A stretch of DNA of 64,000 nt from Octopus sinensis (Eukaryota), in the NCBI RefSeq assembly GCF_006345805.1, contig NW_021835478.1, positions 1-64,000 of the forward strand, given 5' to 3'. Below the pieces are notes generated by a model. The model saw only the letters and a list, made by a program, of their open reading frames with translations, was not told the origin of the DNA and did no database searches. Shown here piece after piece: positions 47,165 through 58,114 of this stretch (position 1 is its first letter; each line of letters starts with the position of its first letter). The position numbers were made by a program, and so were the translations under genes.

Positions 47165-50100
47165 ACGAGGCTTGAAGGTTGTGGGGGACCTCATCATGTG
47201 AGTCGAGGACTTTCTGTTGTTCATTTTAACAAAAACGCAGAAAATAATTTTTTTTAATTTTTTGGCTTGAAGGTTTTGGGGGACCACATCATGTGAGTCG
47301 AGGACTTTCTTGTTGTTTATTTTAACAAAAACGCGGAAAATAATTTTTATAATTTTTTGGCTTGAAAGTTTTGGGGGACCACATCATGTGAGTCGAGCAC
47401 TTTCTTGTTGTTGATTTCAACAAAAACGCAGAAAATAATTTTTTTTAATTTTTTGGCTTGAAGGTTTTGGGGGACCACATCATGTGACTCGAGGACTTTC
47501 TTGTTGTTCATTTTAACAAAAACGCAGAAAATAATTTTTATAATTTTTTGGCTTGAAGGTTTTGGGGACCACATCATGTGACTCGAGGACTTTCTTGTTG
47601 TTCATTTTAACAAAAACGCAGAAAATAATTTTTATAATTTTTTGGCTTGAAAGTTTTGGGGGACCACATCATGTGAGCCGAGCACTTTCTTGTTGTTGAT
47701 TTCAACAAAAACGCAGAAAATAATTTTTTTTAATTTTTTGGCTTGAAGGTTTTGGGAGACCACATCATGTGACTCGAGGACTTTCTTGTTGTTCATTTTA
47801 ACAAAAACGCAGAAAATAATTTTTATAATTTTTTGGCTTGAAGGTTTTGGGGACCACATCATGTGACTCGAGGACTTTCTTGTTGTTTATTTTAACAAAA
47901 ACGCGGAAAATAATTTTTATAATTTTTTGGCTTGAAAGTTTTGGGGGACCACATCATGTGAGTCGAGGACTTTCTTGTTGTTCATTTTAACAAAAACGCA
48001 GAAAATAATTTTTATAATTTTTTGGCTTGAAAGTTTTGGGGGACCACATCATGTGAGTCGAGCACTTTCTTGTTGTTCATTTTAACAAAAACGCAGAAAA
48101 TAATTTTTATAATTTTTTGGCTTGAAAGTTTTGGGGGACCACATCATGTGAGTCGAGCACTTTCTTGTTGTTGATTTCAACAAAAACGCAGAAAATAATT
48201 TTTTTTAATTTTTTGGCTTGAAGGTTTTGGGGGACCACATCATGTGACTCGAGACTTTCTTGTTGTTGATTTCAACAAAAACGCAGAAAATAATTTTTTT
48301 TAATTTTTTGGCTTGAAAGTTTTGGGGGACCACATCATGTGACTCGAGGACTTTCTTGTTGTTTATTTTAACAAAAACGCAGAAAATAATTTTTATAATT
48401 TTTTGGCTTGAAAGTTTTGGGGGACCACATCATGTGAGTCGAGCACTTCTTGTTGTTGATTTTAACAAAAACGCAGAAAATAATTTTTTTTTTTTTTGGC
48501 TTGAAGGTTTTGGGGACCACATCATGTGAGTCGAGCACTTCTTGTTGTTCATTTTAACAAAAACGCAGAAAATAATTTTTATAATTTTTTGGCTTGAAAG
48601 TTTTGGGGACCACATCATGTGAGTCGAGCACTTCTTGTTGTTGATTTCAACAAAAACGCAGAAAATAATTTTTTTTAATTTTTTTGCTTGAAGGTTTTGG
48701 GGGACCACATCATGTGACTCGAGGACTTTCTGTTGTTCATTTTAACAAAAACGCAGAAAATAATTTTTATAATTTTTTGGCTTGAGGTTTTGGGACCATC
48801 ATGTGACTCGAGGACTTTCTTGTTGTTCATTTTAACAAAAACGCAGAAAATAATTTTTATAATTTTTTGGCTTGAAAGTTTTGGGGGACCACATCATGTG
48901 AGCCGAGCACTTTCTTGTTGTTGATTTCAACAAAAACGCAGAAAATAATTTTTTTTAATTTTTTGGCTTGAAGGTTTTGGGGGACCACATCATGTGACTC
49001 GAGGACTTTCTTGTTGTTCATTTTAACAAAAACGCAGAAAATAATTTTTATAATTTTTTGGCTTGAAGGTTTTGGGGACCACATCATGTGACTCGAGACT
49101 TTCTTGTTGTTCATTTTAACAAAAACGCAGAAAATAATTTTTATAATTTTTTGGCTTGAAAGTTTGGGGGACCACATCATGTGAGCCGAGCACTTTCTTG
49201 TTTTGATTTCAACAAAAACGCAGAAAATAATTTTTTTTAATTTTTGGCTTGAAGGTTTTGGGGGACCACATCATGTGAGTCGAGCACTTTCTTGTTGTTC
49301 ATTTTAACAAAACGCAGAAAATAATTTTTATAATTTTTTGGCTTGAAAGTTTTGGGGGGACAACATCAGTGAGTCGAGCACTTTCTTGTTGTTGATTTCA
49401 ACAAAAACGCAGAAAATAATTTTTATAATTTTTTGGCTTGAAAGTTTGGGGGACCACATCATCATGTGACTCGAGGACTTTCTTGTTGTTGATTTCAACA
49501 AAACAGCAGAAAATAATTTTTTTTAATTTTTTGGCTTGAAGTTTTGGGGGACCACATCATGTGAGTCGAGCACTTTCTTGTTGTTCATTTTAACAAAAAC
49601 GCAGAAAATAATTTTTAGATTTTTTGGCTTGAAAGTTTTGGGGGACCACATCATGTGAGTCGAGCACTTTCTTGTTGTTGATTTCAACAAAAACGCAGAA
49701 AATATTTTTATAATTTTTTGGCTAGAAGGTTTTGGGGACCACATCATGTGACTCGAGGACTTTCTTGTTGTTCATTTTAACAAAACGCAGAAAATAATTT
49801 TTATAATTTTTGGCTTGAAAGTTTTGGGGGACCACATGTTAGTCGACCACTTTCTTGTTGTTGATTTCAACAAAAACGCAGAAAATAATTTTTTTAAATT
49901 TTTTGGCTTGAAGGTTTTGGGGGACCACATCATGTGACTCAAGGACTTTCTTGTTGTTGATTTCAACAAAAACGCAGAAAATAATTTTTTTTAATTTTTG
50001 GCTTGAAGGTTTTGGGGGACCACATCATGTGACTCGAGGACTTTCTTGTTGTTCATTTTAACAAAAACGCAGAAAATATTTTTATAATTTTTGGCTTGAA

Positions 50101-52690
50101 GGTTTTGGGGGGACCACATCATGTGACTCGAGGACTTTCTTGTTGTTCATTTTAACAAAAACGCAGAAAATAATTTTTATAATTTTTTGGCTTGAAGGTT
50201 TTGGGGGACCACATCATGTGACTCGAGGACTTTCTTGTTGTTCATTTTAACAAAAACGCAGAAAATAATTTTTATAATTTTTTGGCTTGAAAGTTTTGGG
50301 GGACCACATCATGTGAGTCGAGCACTTTCTTGTTGTTGATTTCAACAAAAACGCAGAAAATAATTTTTATAATTTTTTGGCTAGAAGGTTTTGGGGACCA
50401 CATCATGTGACTCGAGGACTTTCTTGTTGTTCATTTTAACAAAAACGCAGAAAATAATTTTTATAATTTTTTGGCTTGAAAGTTTTGGGGGACCACATCA
50501 TGTGAGTCGAGGACTTTCTTGTTGTTGATTTCAACAAAACGCAGAAAATAATTTTTATAATTTTTTGGCTAGAAGGTTTTGGGGGACCACATCATGTGAC
50601 TCGAGGACTTTCGTTGTTCATTTTAACAAAAACGCAGAAAATAATTTTTATAATTTTTTGGCTTGAAAGTTTTGGGGGACCACATCATGTGAGTCGAGGA
50701 CTTTCTTGTTGTTGATTTCAACAAAAACGCAGAAAATAATTTTTATAATTTTTGGCTTGAAAGTTTTGGGGGACCACATCATGTGAGTCGAGGACTTTCT
50801 TGTTGTTGATTTCAACAAAAACGCAGAAAATAATTTTTTAATTTTTTGGCTTGAAGGTTTTGGGGGACCACATCATGTGACTCGAGGACTTTCTTGTTGT
50901 TCATTTTAACAAAACGCAGAAAATAATTTTTATAATTTTTTGGCTTGAAAGTTTTGGGGGACCACATCATGTGAGTCGACCACTTTCTTGTTGTTGATTT
51001 CAACAAAAACGCAGCAGAAAATAATTTTTTTTAATTTTTGGCTTGAAAGTTTTGGGGGACCACATCATGTGACTCAAGGACTTTCTTGTTGTTGATTTCA
51101 ACAAAAACGCAGAAAATAATTTTTTTTAATTTTTTGGCTTGAAGGTTTTGGGGGACCACATCATGTGACTCGAGGACTTTCTTGTTGTTCATTTTAACAA
51201 AAACGCAGAAAATAATTTTTATAATTTTTTGGCTTGAAGGTTTTGGGGGACCACATCATGTGAGTCGAGGACTTTCTTGTTGTTCATTTTAACAAAAACG
51301 CAGAAAATAATTTTGTTTAATTTTTTGGCTCGAAGGTTTTGGGGGACCACACCATGTGAGTCGAGGACTTTCTTATTGTTCATTTTAACAAAAACGCAGA
51401 AAATAATTTTTATAATTTTTTGGCTAGAAGGTTTTGGGGACCACATCATGTGACTCGAGGACTTTCTTGTTGTTCATTTTAACAAAAACGCAGAAAATAA
51501 TTTTTATAATTTTTTGGCTTGAAAGTTTTGGGGGACCACATCATGGAGTCGAGGACTTTCTTGTTGTTGATTTCACAAAACGCAGAAAATATTTTTATAA
51601 TTTTTTGGCTAGAAGGTTTTGGGGACCACACATCATGTGACTCGAGGACTTTCTTGTTGTTCATTTTAACAAAAACGCAGAAAATATTTTTATAATTTTT
51701 TGGCTTGAAAGTTTTGGGGGGACACATCATGTGAGTCGAGGACTTTCTTGTTGTTGATTTCAACAAAAACGCAGAAAATAATTTTTTTAATTTTTTGGCT
51801 TGAAAGTTTTGGGGGACCACATCATGTGAGTCGAGGACTTTCTTGTTGTTGATTTCAACAAAAACGCAGAAAATAATTTTTTTTAATTTTTTGGCTTGAA
51901 GGTTTTGGGGGACCACATCATGTGACTCGAGGACTTTCTTGTTGTTCATTTTAACAAAAACGCAGAAAATAATTTTTATAATTTTTTGGCTTGAAAGTTT
52001 TGGGGGACCACATCATGTGAGTCGACCACTTTCTTGTTGTTGATTTCAACAAAAACGCAGAAAATAATTTTTTTTAATTTTTGGCTTGAAAGTTTTGGGG
52101 GACCACATCATGTGACTCAAGGACTTTCTTGTTGTTGATTTCAACAAAAACGCAGAAAATAATTTTTTTTAATTTTTTGGCTTGAAGGTTTTGGGGGACC
52201 ACATCATGTGACTCGAGGACTTTCTTGTTGTTCATTTTAACAAAAACGCAGAAAATAATTTTTATAATTTTTTGGCTTGAAAGTTTTGGGGGACCACATC
52301 ATGTGACTCAAGGACTTTCTTGTTGTTGATTTCAACAAAAACGCAGAAAATAATTTTTTTTAATTTTTGGCTTGAAAGTTTTGGGGGACCACATCATGTG
52401 ACTCAAGGACTTTCTTGTTGTTGATTTCAACAAAAACGCAGAAAATAATTTTTTTTAATTTTTTGGCTGAAGGTTTTGGGGGACCACATCATGTGACTCG
52501 AGGACTTTCTTGTTGTTCATTTTAACAAAAACGCAGAAAATATTTTTATAATTTTTTGGCTTGAAGGTTTTGGGGGACCACATCATGTGAGTCGAGGACT
52601 TTCTTGTTGTTCATTTTAACAAAAACGCAGAAAATAAATTGTTTTTAATTTTTTGACTTGAAGGTTTTGGGGGGACCTCATCATCGAGGA
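47165..52690. repeat. ~95-bp satellite, ~58 copies
   Basis: Consensus TTTTTTGGCTTGAA(A/G)GTTTTGGGGGACCACATCATGTGA(C/G)TCGAG(G/C)ACTTTCTTGTTGTT(C/G)ATTT(T/C)AACAAAAACGCAGAAAATAATTTTT(A/T)TAA. Period measured as 95 bp (50161 to 50256). Confidence 0.98.
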
Positions 52691-52714
52691 TATTCTTTCT
52701 TATTAATTTTTTGA

Positions 52715-52824
52715 CAGGAAGGTTCTTAGAGGATATCAACCTTTTGTCATGCGTGGCAACAGCTGTTCCCTCCGTCTCGTCTGGGAGAATTTATTAGTTT
52801 GTTGACTTTACTTAGTAGTTTGAC

Positions 52825-52861
<37 letters not shown>
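52715..52861 (+). mobile_element. 5'-truncated CRE-like 3' end with a pure A34 tail
   Basis: Encodes ~RIST(F)VMRGNSCSLR (compare QRISFAILRGNCLSIR in the intact element), followed by a stop, a 22-nt UTR and A34 (52828-52861). No TSD found. Confidence 0.6.
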
Positions 52862-52866
<5 letters not shown>

Positions 52867-53009
52867 TATTGTGCCTCATTATCGAATAACTACAAAAGGG
52901 AAGGTTTTGACAATTTGATCTGGTTTGTAACAATTTGAATGTGGGTGTGCACAGACAGACAGACAGACACACACCATACCATTTTATTATTAAGAAAGTC
53001 CAAATAAAA

Positions 53010-53440
53010 TTGATTTTTAATTATTGCGTCTGCTTTCAGTCGATTCTCCTCCTATCGAACCAGAGCAAATGTCTTTGACGGGTACACTTATCCATTTTAC
53101 AGACCACTTTTGTGGTTGTTCTCGAGTCCGATTTAATTGCATGCTTCGCCACTGTAGGAAGGAGTTTATACTCAGGGCGCATGCTTTCCAATGTTCTCTT
53201 GATCAATTTGTTTGGACTTGTAAGGAGTTCTGGTAGTGCTTATTCCATCCCACGCGAGAACCAACTGTACGATATTCACCTTTGCATTATGCATTAACCT
53301 CAATTCGCTTGTATTTATGTAATTTCTCAACTACCAAATTCTCCTTCAAAGACTACTACGCTCTCGCAGGACTACTAGTTGGGACATGTACCCATCATTA
53401 CGGGCCTGTCCGGATGCCTGGACTACTAACTTGTGGCATA
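53010..53440 (-). mobile_element. Internally deleted R4/NeSL-like retroelement 3' part
   Basis: A ~45-bp stretch identical to ~45698-45742 (RT region) is joined directly to EKLHKY..CKVNIVQLVLAWDGIST (RLE region). Confidence 0.65.
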
Positions 53441-53462
53441 CAACAAAATGAATTAAGAAATA

Positions 53463-54036
53463 TCACTCTTCCTCTGAACTCTCGTAGGCTGCCAGTCCTT
53501 CAATCCGCCGCTGTACATCCTTCGCCTCAATTCCACGCTTGGGAGGGACAGACACCTCAACCACGTCATCTTCGGCCACCTTCCTCTTCAGTCCCAACAC
53601 CAAATTTTTTCTGGTAGGAGTGCGACTGACTGGACACTCAAACTCTTCGAAATCATCATAAAGGGCCAGTTGCTTCACTCTGTCGTCGTTCTGTATTTTC
53701 TAGGAATATACGCCTGTGGGTGACCTTCTGTCGGTCTACATATAACTTAGTTTCCTGGTTTTTGAGGAAATCCTGCTGGTAGGTGTCGATGGCCAGCTTG
53801 GAGAGGTAGCATCGGTCACTCACGCCCATGTTGTTAATGATCTCCACCAGGCGTATTTCACAGTCAATGTCCTCCACGTCGTTGACTTGTTCCATTCGGG
53901 CAATTGCTGGATACGTTATGAATGATGGCAAACCATAAGTTTTGGATTTGTTCTGACTGCCTTCCGAACCGTGGGAGAAACTTGGGTCGTCTTTTTTGAT
54001 TATAATATATTCATTTCCAGTTGTAAAGGATTTCAT
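53463..54036 (-). CDS. Hypothetical protein (probably two exons)
   Basis: Two overlapping ORFs (126 aa and 71 aa) can be joined by a 25-nt GT-AG intron (gtcacccacaggcgtatattcctag) to read ..VDRQK|KIQNDDRVKQLALYDDF.. No family recognized. Confidence 0.55.
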
Positions 54037-54159
54037 AATATAGATTCACTTCTAGCTATCTACATAATATTATCTCTCAAAAAGACACCACTAGAAAACA
54101 ATGGTAACCAATTTTATTTATTATTTAAATTATAATTAATACAGTATTAATTAATTCAG

Positions 54160-55334
54160 TTAAATAATTATTGAAAACTTGTTGAATCTACTCCAAAGTA
54201 TTCCAATAATTCTCGTAACAATTATATCAGTCGAATTACTAGCCAACAAATGAACCAAAAATATTCCATCGTAGTTAAGAAATCTGACAAAATTGTCGAC
54301 TTGTCTTTTATGTACCATATTGGGATCATTTCCAGCCAATGAGAGGTATTTGGATATCAAATCGACGTGTTTTCTCCTCGAAATGAATTTAACAAAACAA
54401 AGAACGAGATGAACAGCAGTCATTGATATCAAAATGACAAACCAAAACCAAATAAAGGCAAACATTTGATGGTTGTATAAATTGACCGGCAACACACACT
54501 GAACTCGATATACGTGGACGGTTCCCATTTTTCTGAGCGTGCAATCACACATCACGACTGTGGGAAACAAGTCATGCCATGTCCTTTGCAGTCCATACAA
54601 AATGTACTTATTTCCAATAATTTTGTCAAGTATTACCAACTGGACTATCAGATTGACCAAGTAGAATGCGGTCATGGCCAAGTAGGTCACTGTGACATAT
54701 CCGCCCCAGTTCTTGCTCCACAAAGACTGCCCAAACTTACTGTCTGCCACTTTTTTTCGGAAAAGCAAAAATTCTTCAATGCACTTGGTCAGGTGACAAA
54801 GATCCTGATGGTTTTCAAGTTGTTTTAATTCCAGTTGGGAGGTGTTGTGGTCATCAGATTTGAGTGTGTTGTGATAGTTGTTGGCAGATCTGACAATATT
54901 TCCCAAAGAAATCCCCGCCTTGTTGTTGACAATGTTCCACACGAGTGACGGCAAGTAGAAAAAGAATGCTTGTGCCAGGAATATGAGCGGCACCCATTGG
55001 TAGTAACGGATGGTGGGTTCCCCTTTATGAGGCAGTTTCTCATCGAGAGGATGGAAATAGACGTTGTTGGTCCAGCAGTGTTGGTTGATGTATTCAACCT
55101 GCCACTTTGTGTCGCAGCCCTCCACACAGAGACAGGCAATAGGGTCGTTTACGAGTTGGCGAGTGGTTGAGATTAGGCTGAACACGATCAGAATGAGTGT
55201 TGTGTATCGGTGATTCAGTCTGTCAACTTCAAAGTCGTTTTCCGATCTCCTTCTGTTTACTATTTTTGTAATTATTTTTTGGATTAATGGTATGTGGATA
55301 AACTTTTTTTTGGACTGGAATAAAGGTTTGTCAT
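54160..55334 (-). CDS. Innexin (gap-junction protein), apparently intronless
   Basis: NDFEVDRLNHRYTTLILIVFSL..DPIAC..YINQHCW, YYQWVP..QAFFFYLPSL.W, FPTVVMCD..QCVLPVNLYNHQMFAFIWFW, FLNYDGIFLVHLL. The nearest ATG (55334) is out of frame by one base across an A8 run. Confidence 0.93.
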
Positions 55335-55785
55335 CACTAGAAATGTCTCAATCAAACTACGTGGGGTTCAACAGCTTCTCGCGAGATCCGTACTTTCTGA
55401 CCATTTCGCTAATTCGCAAATAACACGATTTGTAGTAATTACATCCAAATCAATCATAATTTGATTATACACTTATCATTCTTACTCAGGTAACTTTGAT
55501 TCCGTAATACGTCCGACAAGTACTTCAAATTTTGTGATCGAATTTTCTTTTACTTCAAATACGCTACATTCGTTGAATAACAAGATGTATAAGAGAAATC
55601 GTCAAAAAAAAATCTAGCTACTATGAACTGGCTCGCAGGATTGAAAGACAATTCCCGCGTTTTTTGAGTTTTTTACTTTTTAGAAATAAAAAATCTCAGG
55701 AAAACTAAAATCCTGACTCCCAACTTATTTAAAAGTAAATTAAGCAAAAATCGGACGAAAATTGCTGACAGCAGAGGATCTATAT

Positions 55786-56169
55786 TAGTGGTTCTCTACC
55801 TGGGGTCGATAGTAAACCCAGATTAATCGTAACCGGGTCGAAAATAAATCTAATGATTTAATTTTTTTCAATTTAAACTAAGTTAGTTAATTTTCAAGTG
55901 GTAAACCTATGTTTCTTTAATTTTTAAAATTACTATGCTTTTTTATTTTTGTATGAGTCTTTTTTCTACATTACAAATCTGTCAATATAAAAATGAATAT
56001 TTGGCATTTAGATTTATAAAAATTCTTTTGATAATATTGTTTACTGTGTAATAAGTCATTAAGAACCGATCAAATTGTTGATTTAAATATTAAGGTGGGT
56101 GAACCGTTTAAATTGTTGATTTAAATATTAAGGTGGAGGTCGACGAGTAAAAAAGGTTGAGAACCACGC
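55786..56169. mobile_element. hAT-type MITE (~384 bp)
   Basis: Ends TAGTGGTTCTCTACCT / AGGTTGAGAACCACGC resemble the CAGTGGTTCTCAACCT hAT TIR. The 8-bp flanks ATCTATAT / AGTTATAT match at 6/8. There is an internal duplicated 29-mer (AAATTGTTGATTTAAATATTAAGGTGG). Confidence 0.7.
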
Positions 56170-57147
56170 AGTTATATAATGTTAGAATGAGGGCCAGAAA
56201 CAAGTAGGCGTTGACAAAGATGGCGTGGAGGAGGCCGAAATACATGGCTCAACCGAAACTTTTTGTGGGCTACCCGAAAACGCGCTTAACTAACTAATTT
56301 TTCTTCTCGATAATACTCTTTTTTAAGCAGCCACATTAAAGTTCACTTCTATATTCTATTCGATTTGTTGTTCTCATTTGGGGTCGTTTCATCCACTCAT
56401 TTGAATTATAGTATCTCTCGGTCTTTTCATTTATTCTTCTTTAAATGTGTTCTAACCTTAATTGGAATTCCTGTATTACCAGAATGGAATATATTTTCAA
56501 ATCAATATTTTACAATCATGCTCTCCAATGGTTTTTCAACCCGGCTGTCTAAATATATCCTTGGCACATCTTTAATTTTAGATATATTTGAATTCATGGT
56601 TTTATGCGTTCTTTGTGAATTGGATGACTAGTAAATTGCCTGTAATAGAAACGTGACGCAAATCGTTCAGAAAGAATGCCTATCCACGACAAATATTGTT
56701 AACTTTGTATACAAATCACAAAACTTGTTATACAAGTGGCAATGTTTAAGAAAATCAACATAGAAAAACGCTATTCTAGAAATATTTTGATAATGTCCAA
56801 ATGGTATTACAACCAATGAAGACTGGACATTCGTCACACTAATTGTTGCACTATTCCACTCTTCGCCGCAGGGAAGCTAAATTAACGATTTCAATCACGA
56901 ATGTTGTCTTGCGGGGAAACAAGCGATTTGTTGCATTCTCGTGAAAATTTCAATTTAAAGTGGACTACTATTACAAAAACAAAGAATTCACACGGCGATC
57001 ACTTCCAAAAAATCATTTTTATAACAAGGCGGTCAAATTTATTTGATTTCAAAAGAAAGTAATCGATTTGCGTATTTCTTAGAAATTTAATATGAATCAA
57101 TACGCGGGTTAGCTTTACAAAGAACACTCAGATTGTACCTCCGGGTT

Positions 57148-58011
57148 ATGAACAGGTTCTGTCTCCCAGTCTGTTTTATCGGTTATTGCCAGTCCTCGGA
57201 GGAAGGTCAGACTCTCATAAATTCAATTTGCCAAAAAGTCACAATCCTCAGTTTACGAACTGAAAAAATCAAGTTAAAAGAGACTCTTAGCATTTTTGAA
57301 AGAACTGTGACTCTGACAAATAACGAATCGAATAATATATGTCTACCACTAGACGTGGTTGGTTTGTGGAACACACTTTGCCTCTCATTTGATCACAAAA
57401 AAGCACGAGTTGACATTTTAATGGTCGGGACAAACATCAGTTGGTCCAAAAACATGGTAGAACTTGGACACAAGACCAGTCACCATCATACAGTGGCTGT
57501 GCTAGAAGAGAGAATCAGTCAAAGTGACTGTCTCTATTATTTTGTTGTGATCGATTCAATATATGAGGGAATTAACCTCCTCAGACAACTTCAAAAAAGC
57601 TGTCACAATCTCAAAAGACCATACTCTGCATTCATATGGTGGAATGACGACCCGAATGCCCACAAATCTCACAGTCTGTTCCTCGAGCACAGAATTTCAA
57701 ATAGACCTTTCACTAAAGTGATGAACAAGTCGATAGTCGAATTAACTAATTCTTTTCAAGCGAGTGACTTTGAAAGCAAATGGAGTGTTCCCTTGGCATC
57801 AGTTGAAAGTAAAATGTCACCAACCAGGCAATTAAAGCCATTTTTGTCGTGTGACAAAAGCACTTGTTCTGTCAATAAAATTAGTGATGATTTGATTTGG
57901 CAGTCCACTCCTTCTCAAAATGAGGATATTAAAAATGATTGGTTTGTGCCGGCTATTACCAATGAAATAAAATTTTACGATTTTTGCAACATTCTTGGAT
58001 TTTTTCCATAA
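57148..58011 (+). CDS. Hypothetical intronless protein (~287 aa)
   Basis: A long uninterrupted ORF in AT-rich DNA, with the first ATG at 57148. No motif recognized. Confidence 0.6.
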   Translation: MNRFCLPVCFIGYCQSSEEGQTLINSICQKVTILSLRTEKIKLKETLSIFERTVTLTNNESNNICLPLDVVGLWNTLCLSFDHKKARVDILMVGTNISWSKNMVELGHKTSHHHTVAVLEERISQSDCLYYFVVIDSIYEGINLLRQLQKSCHNLKRPYSAFIWWNDDPNAHKSHSLFLEHRISNRPFTKVMNKSIVELTNSFQASDFESKWSVPLASVESKMSPTRQLKPFLSCDKSTCSVNKISDDLIWQSTPSQNEDIKNDWFVPAITNEIKFYDFCNILGFFP

Positions 58012-58114
58012 AAATCTATATATTTACTATTGTTTAATATATTTTTTTAATAAATAATATATTGTTAATTAATCAATTTGTGTCACATCTTGTGGGGATA
58101 TTCAAAGACACAAA

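Larger units (their letters stand above)
46465..52995 (-). mobile_element. Non-autonomous Helitron carrying a satellite array
   Basis: Minus-strand 5' end TCTTAATAATAAAATGGTATGGTGTGTGTCTGTCTGTCTGTCTG (TC start plus GTCT microsatellite). The 3' end has the GC-rich hairpin GCAGT..GCGAAGCG..ACTGC, then CTAG followed by T. A helicase C-terminus sits ~130 bp from the 3' end. The base before the 5' TC is T rather than the canonical A. Confidence 0.8.

Noticed and set aside
47347-51949. Many short Lys/Phe-rich ORFs in the satellite
   Set aside because: These are by-products of a 95-bp tandem repeat, with frames changing at homopolymer indels.
47165-52690. CRISPR-like or telomeric interpretation of the array
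   Set aside because: There are no unique spacers (whole units repeat), the context is eukaryotic, the array is not terminal, and there is no short telomeric motif.
44400-53440. One R4-like element split by the Helitron insertion
   Set aside because: The order is wrong: both sides contain their own RLE/3' region, so they are separate copies.
56365-56631. Possible scramblase/Tubby-like C-terminus (FTIMLSNGF..ILGTSLILDIFEF)
   Set aside because: The resemblance is too weak and I could not build upstream exons.
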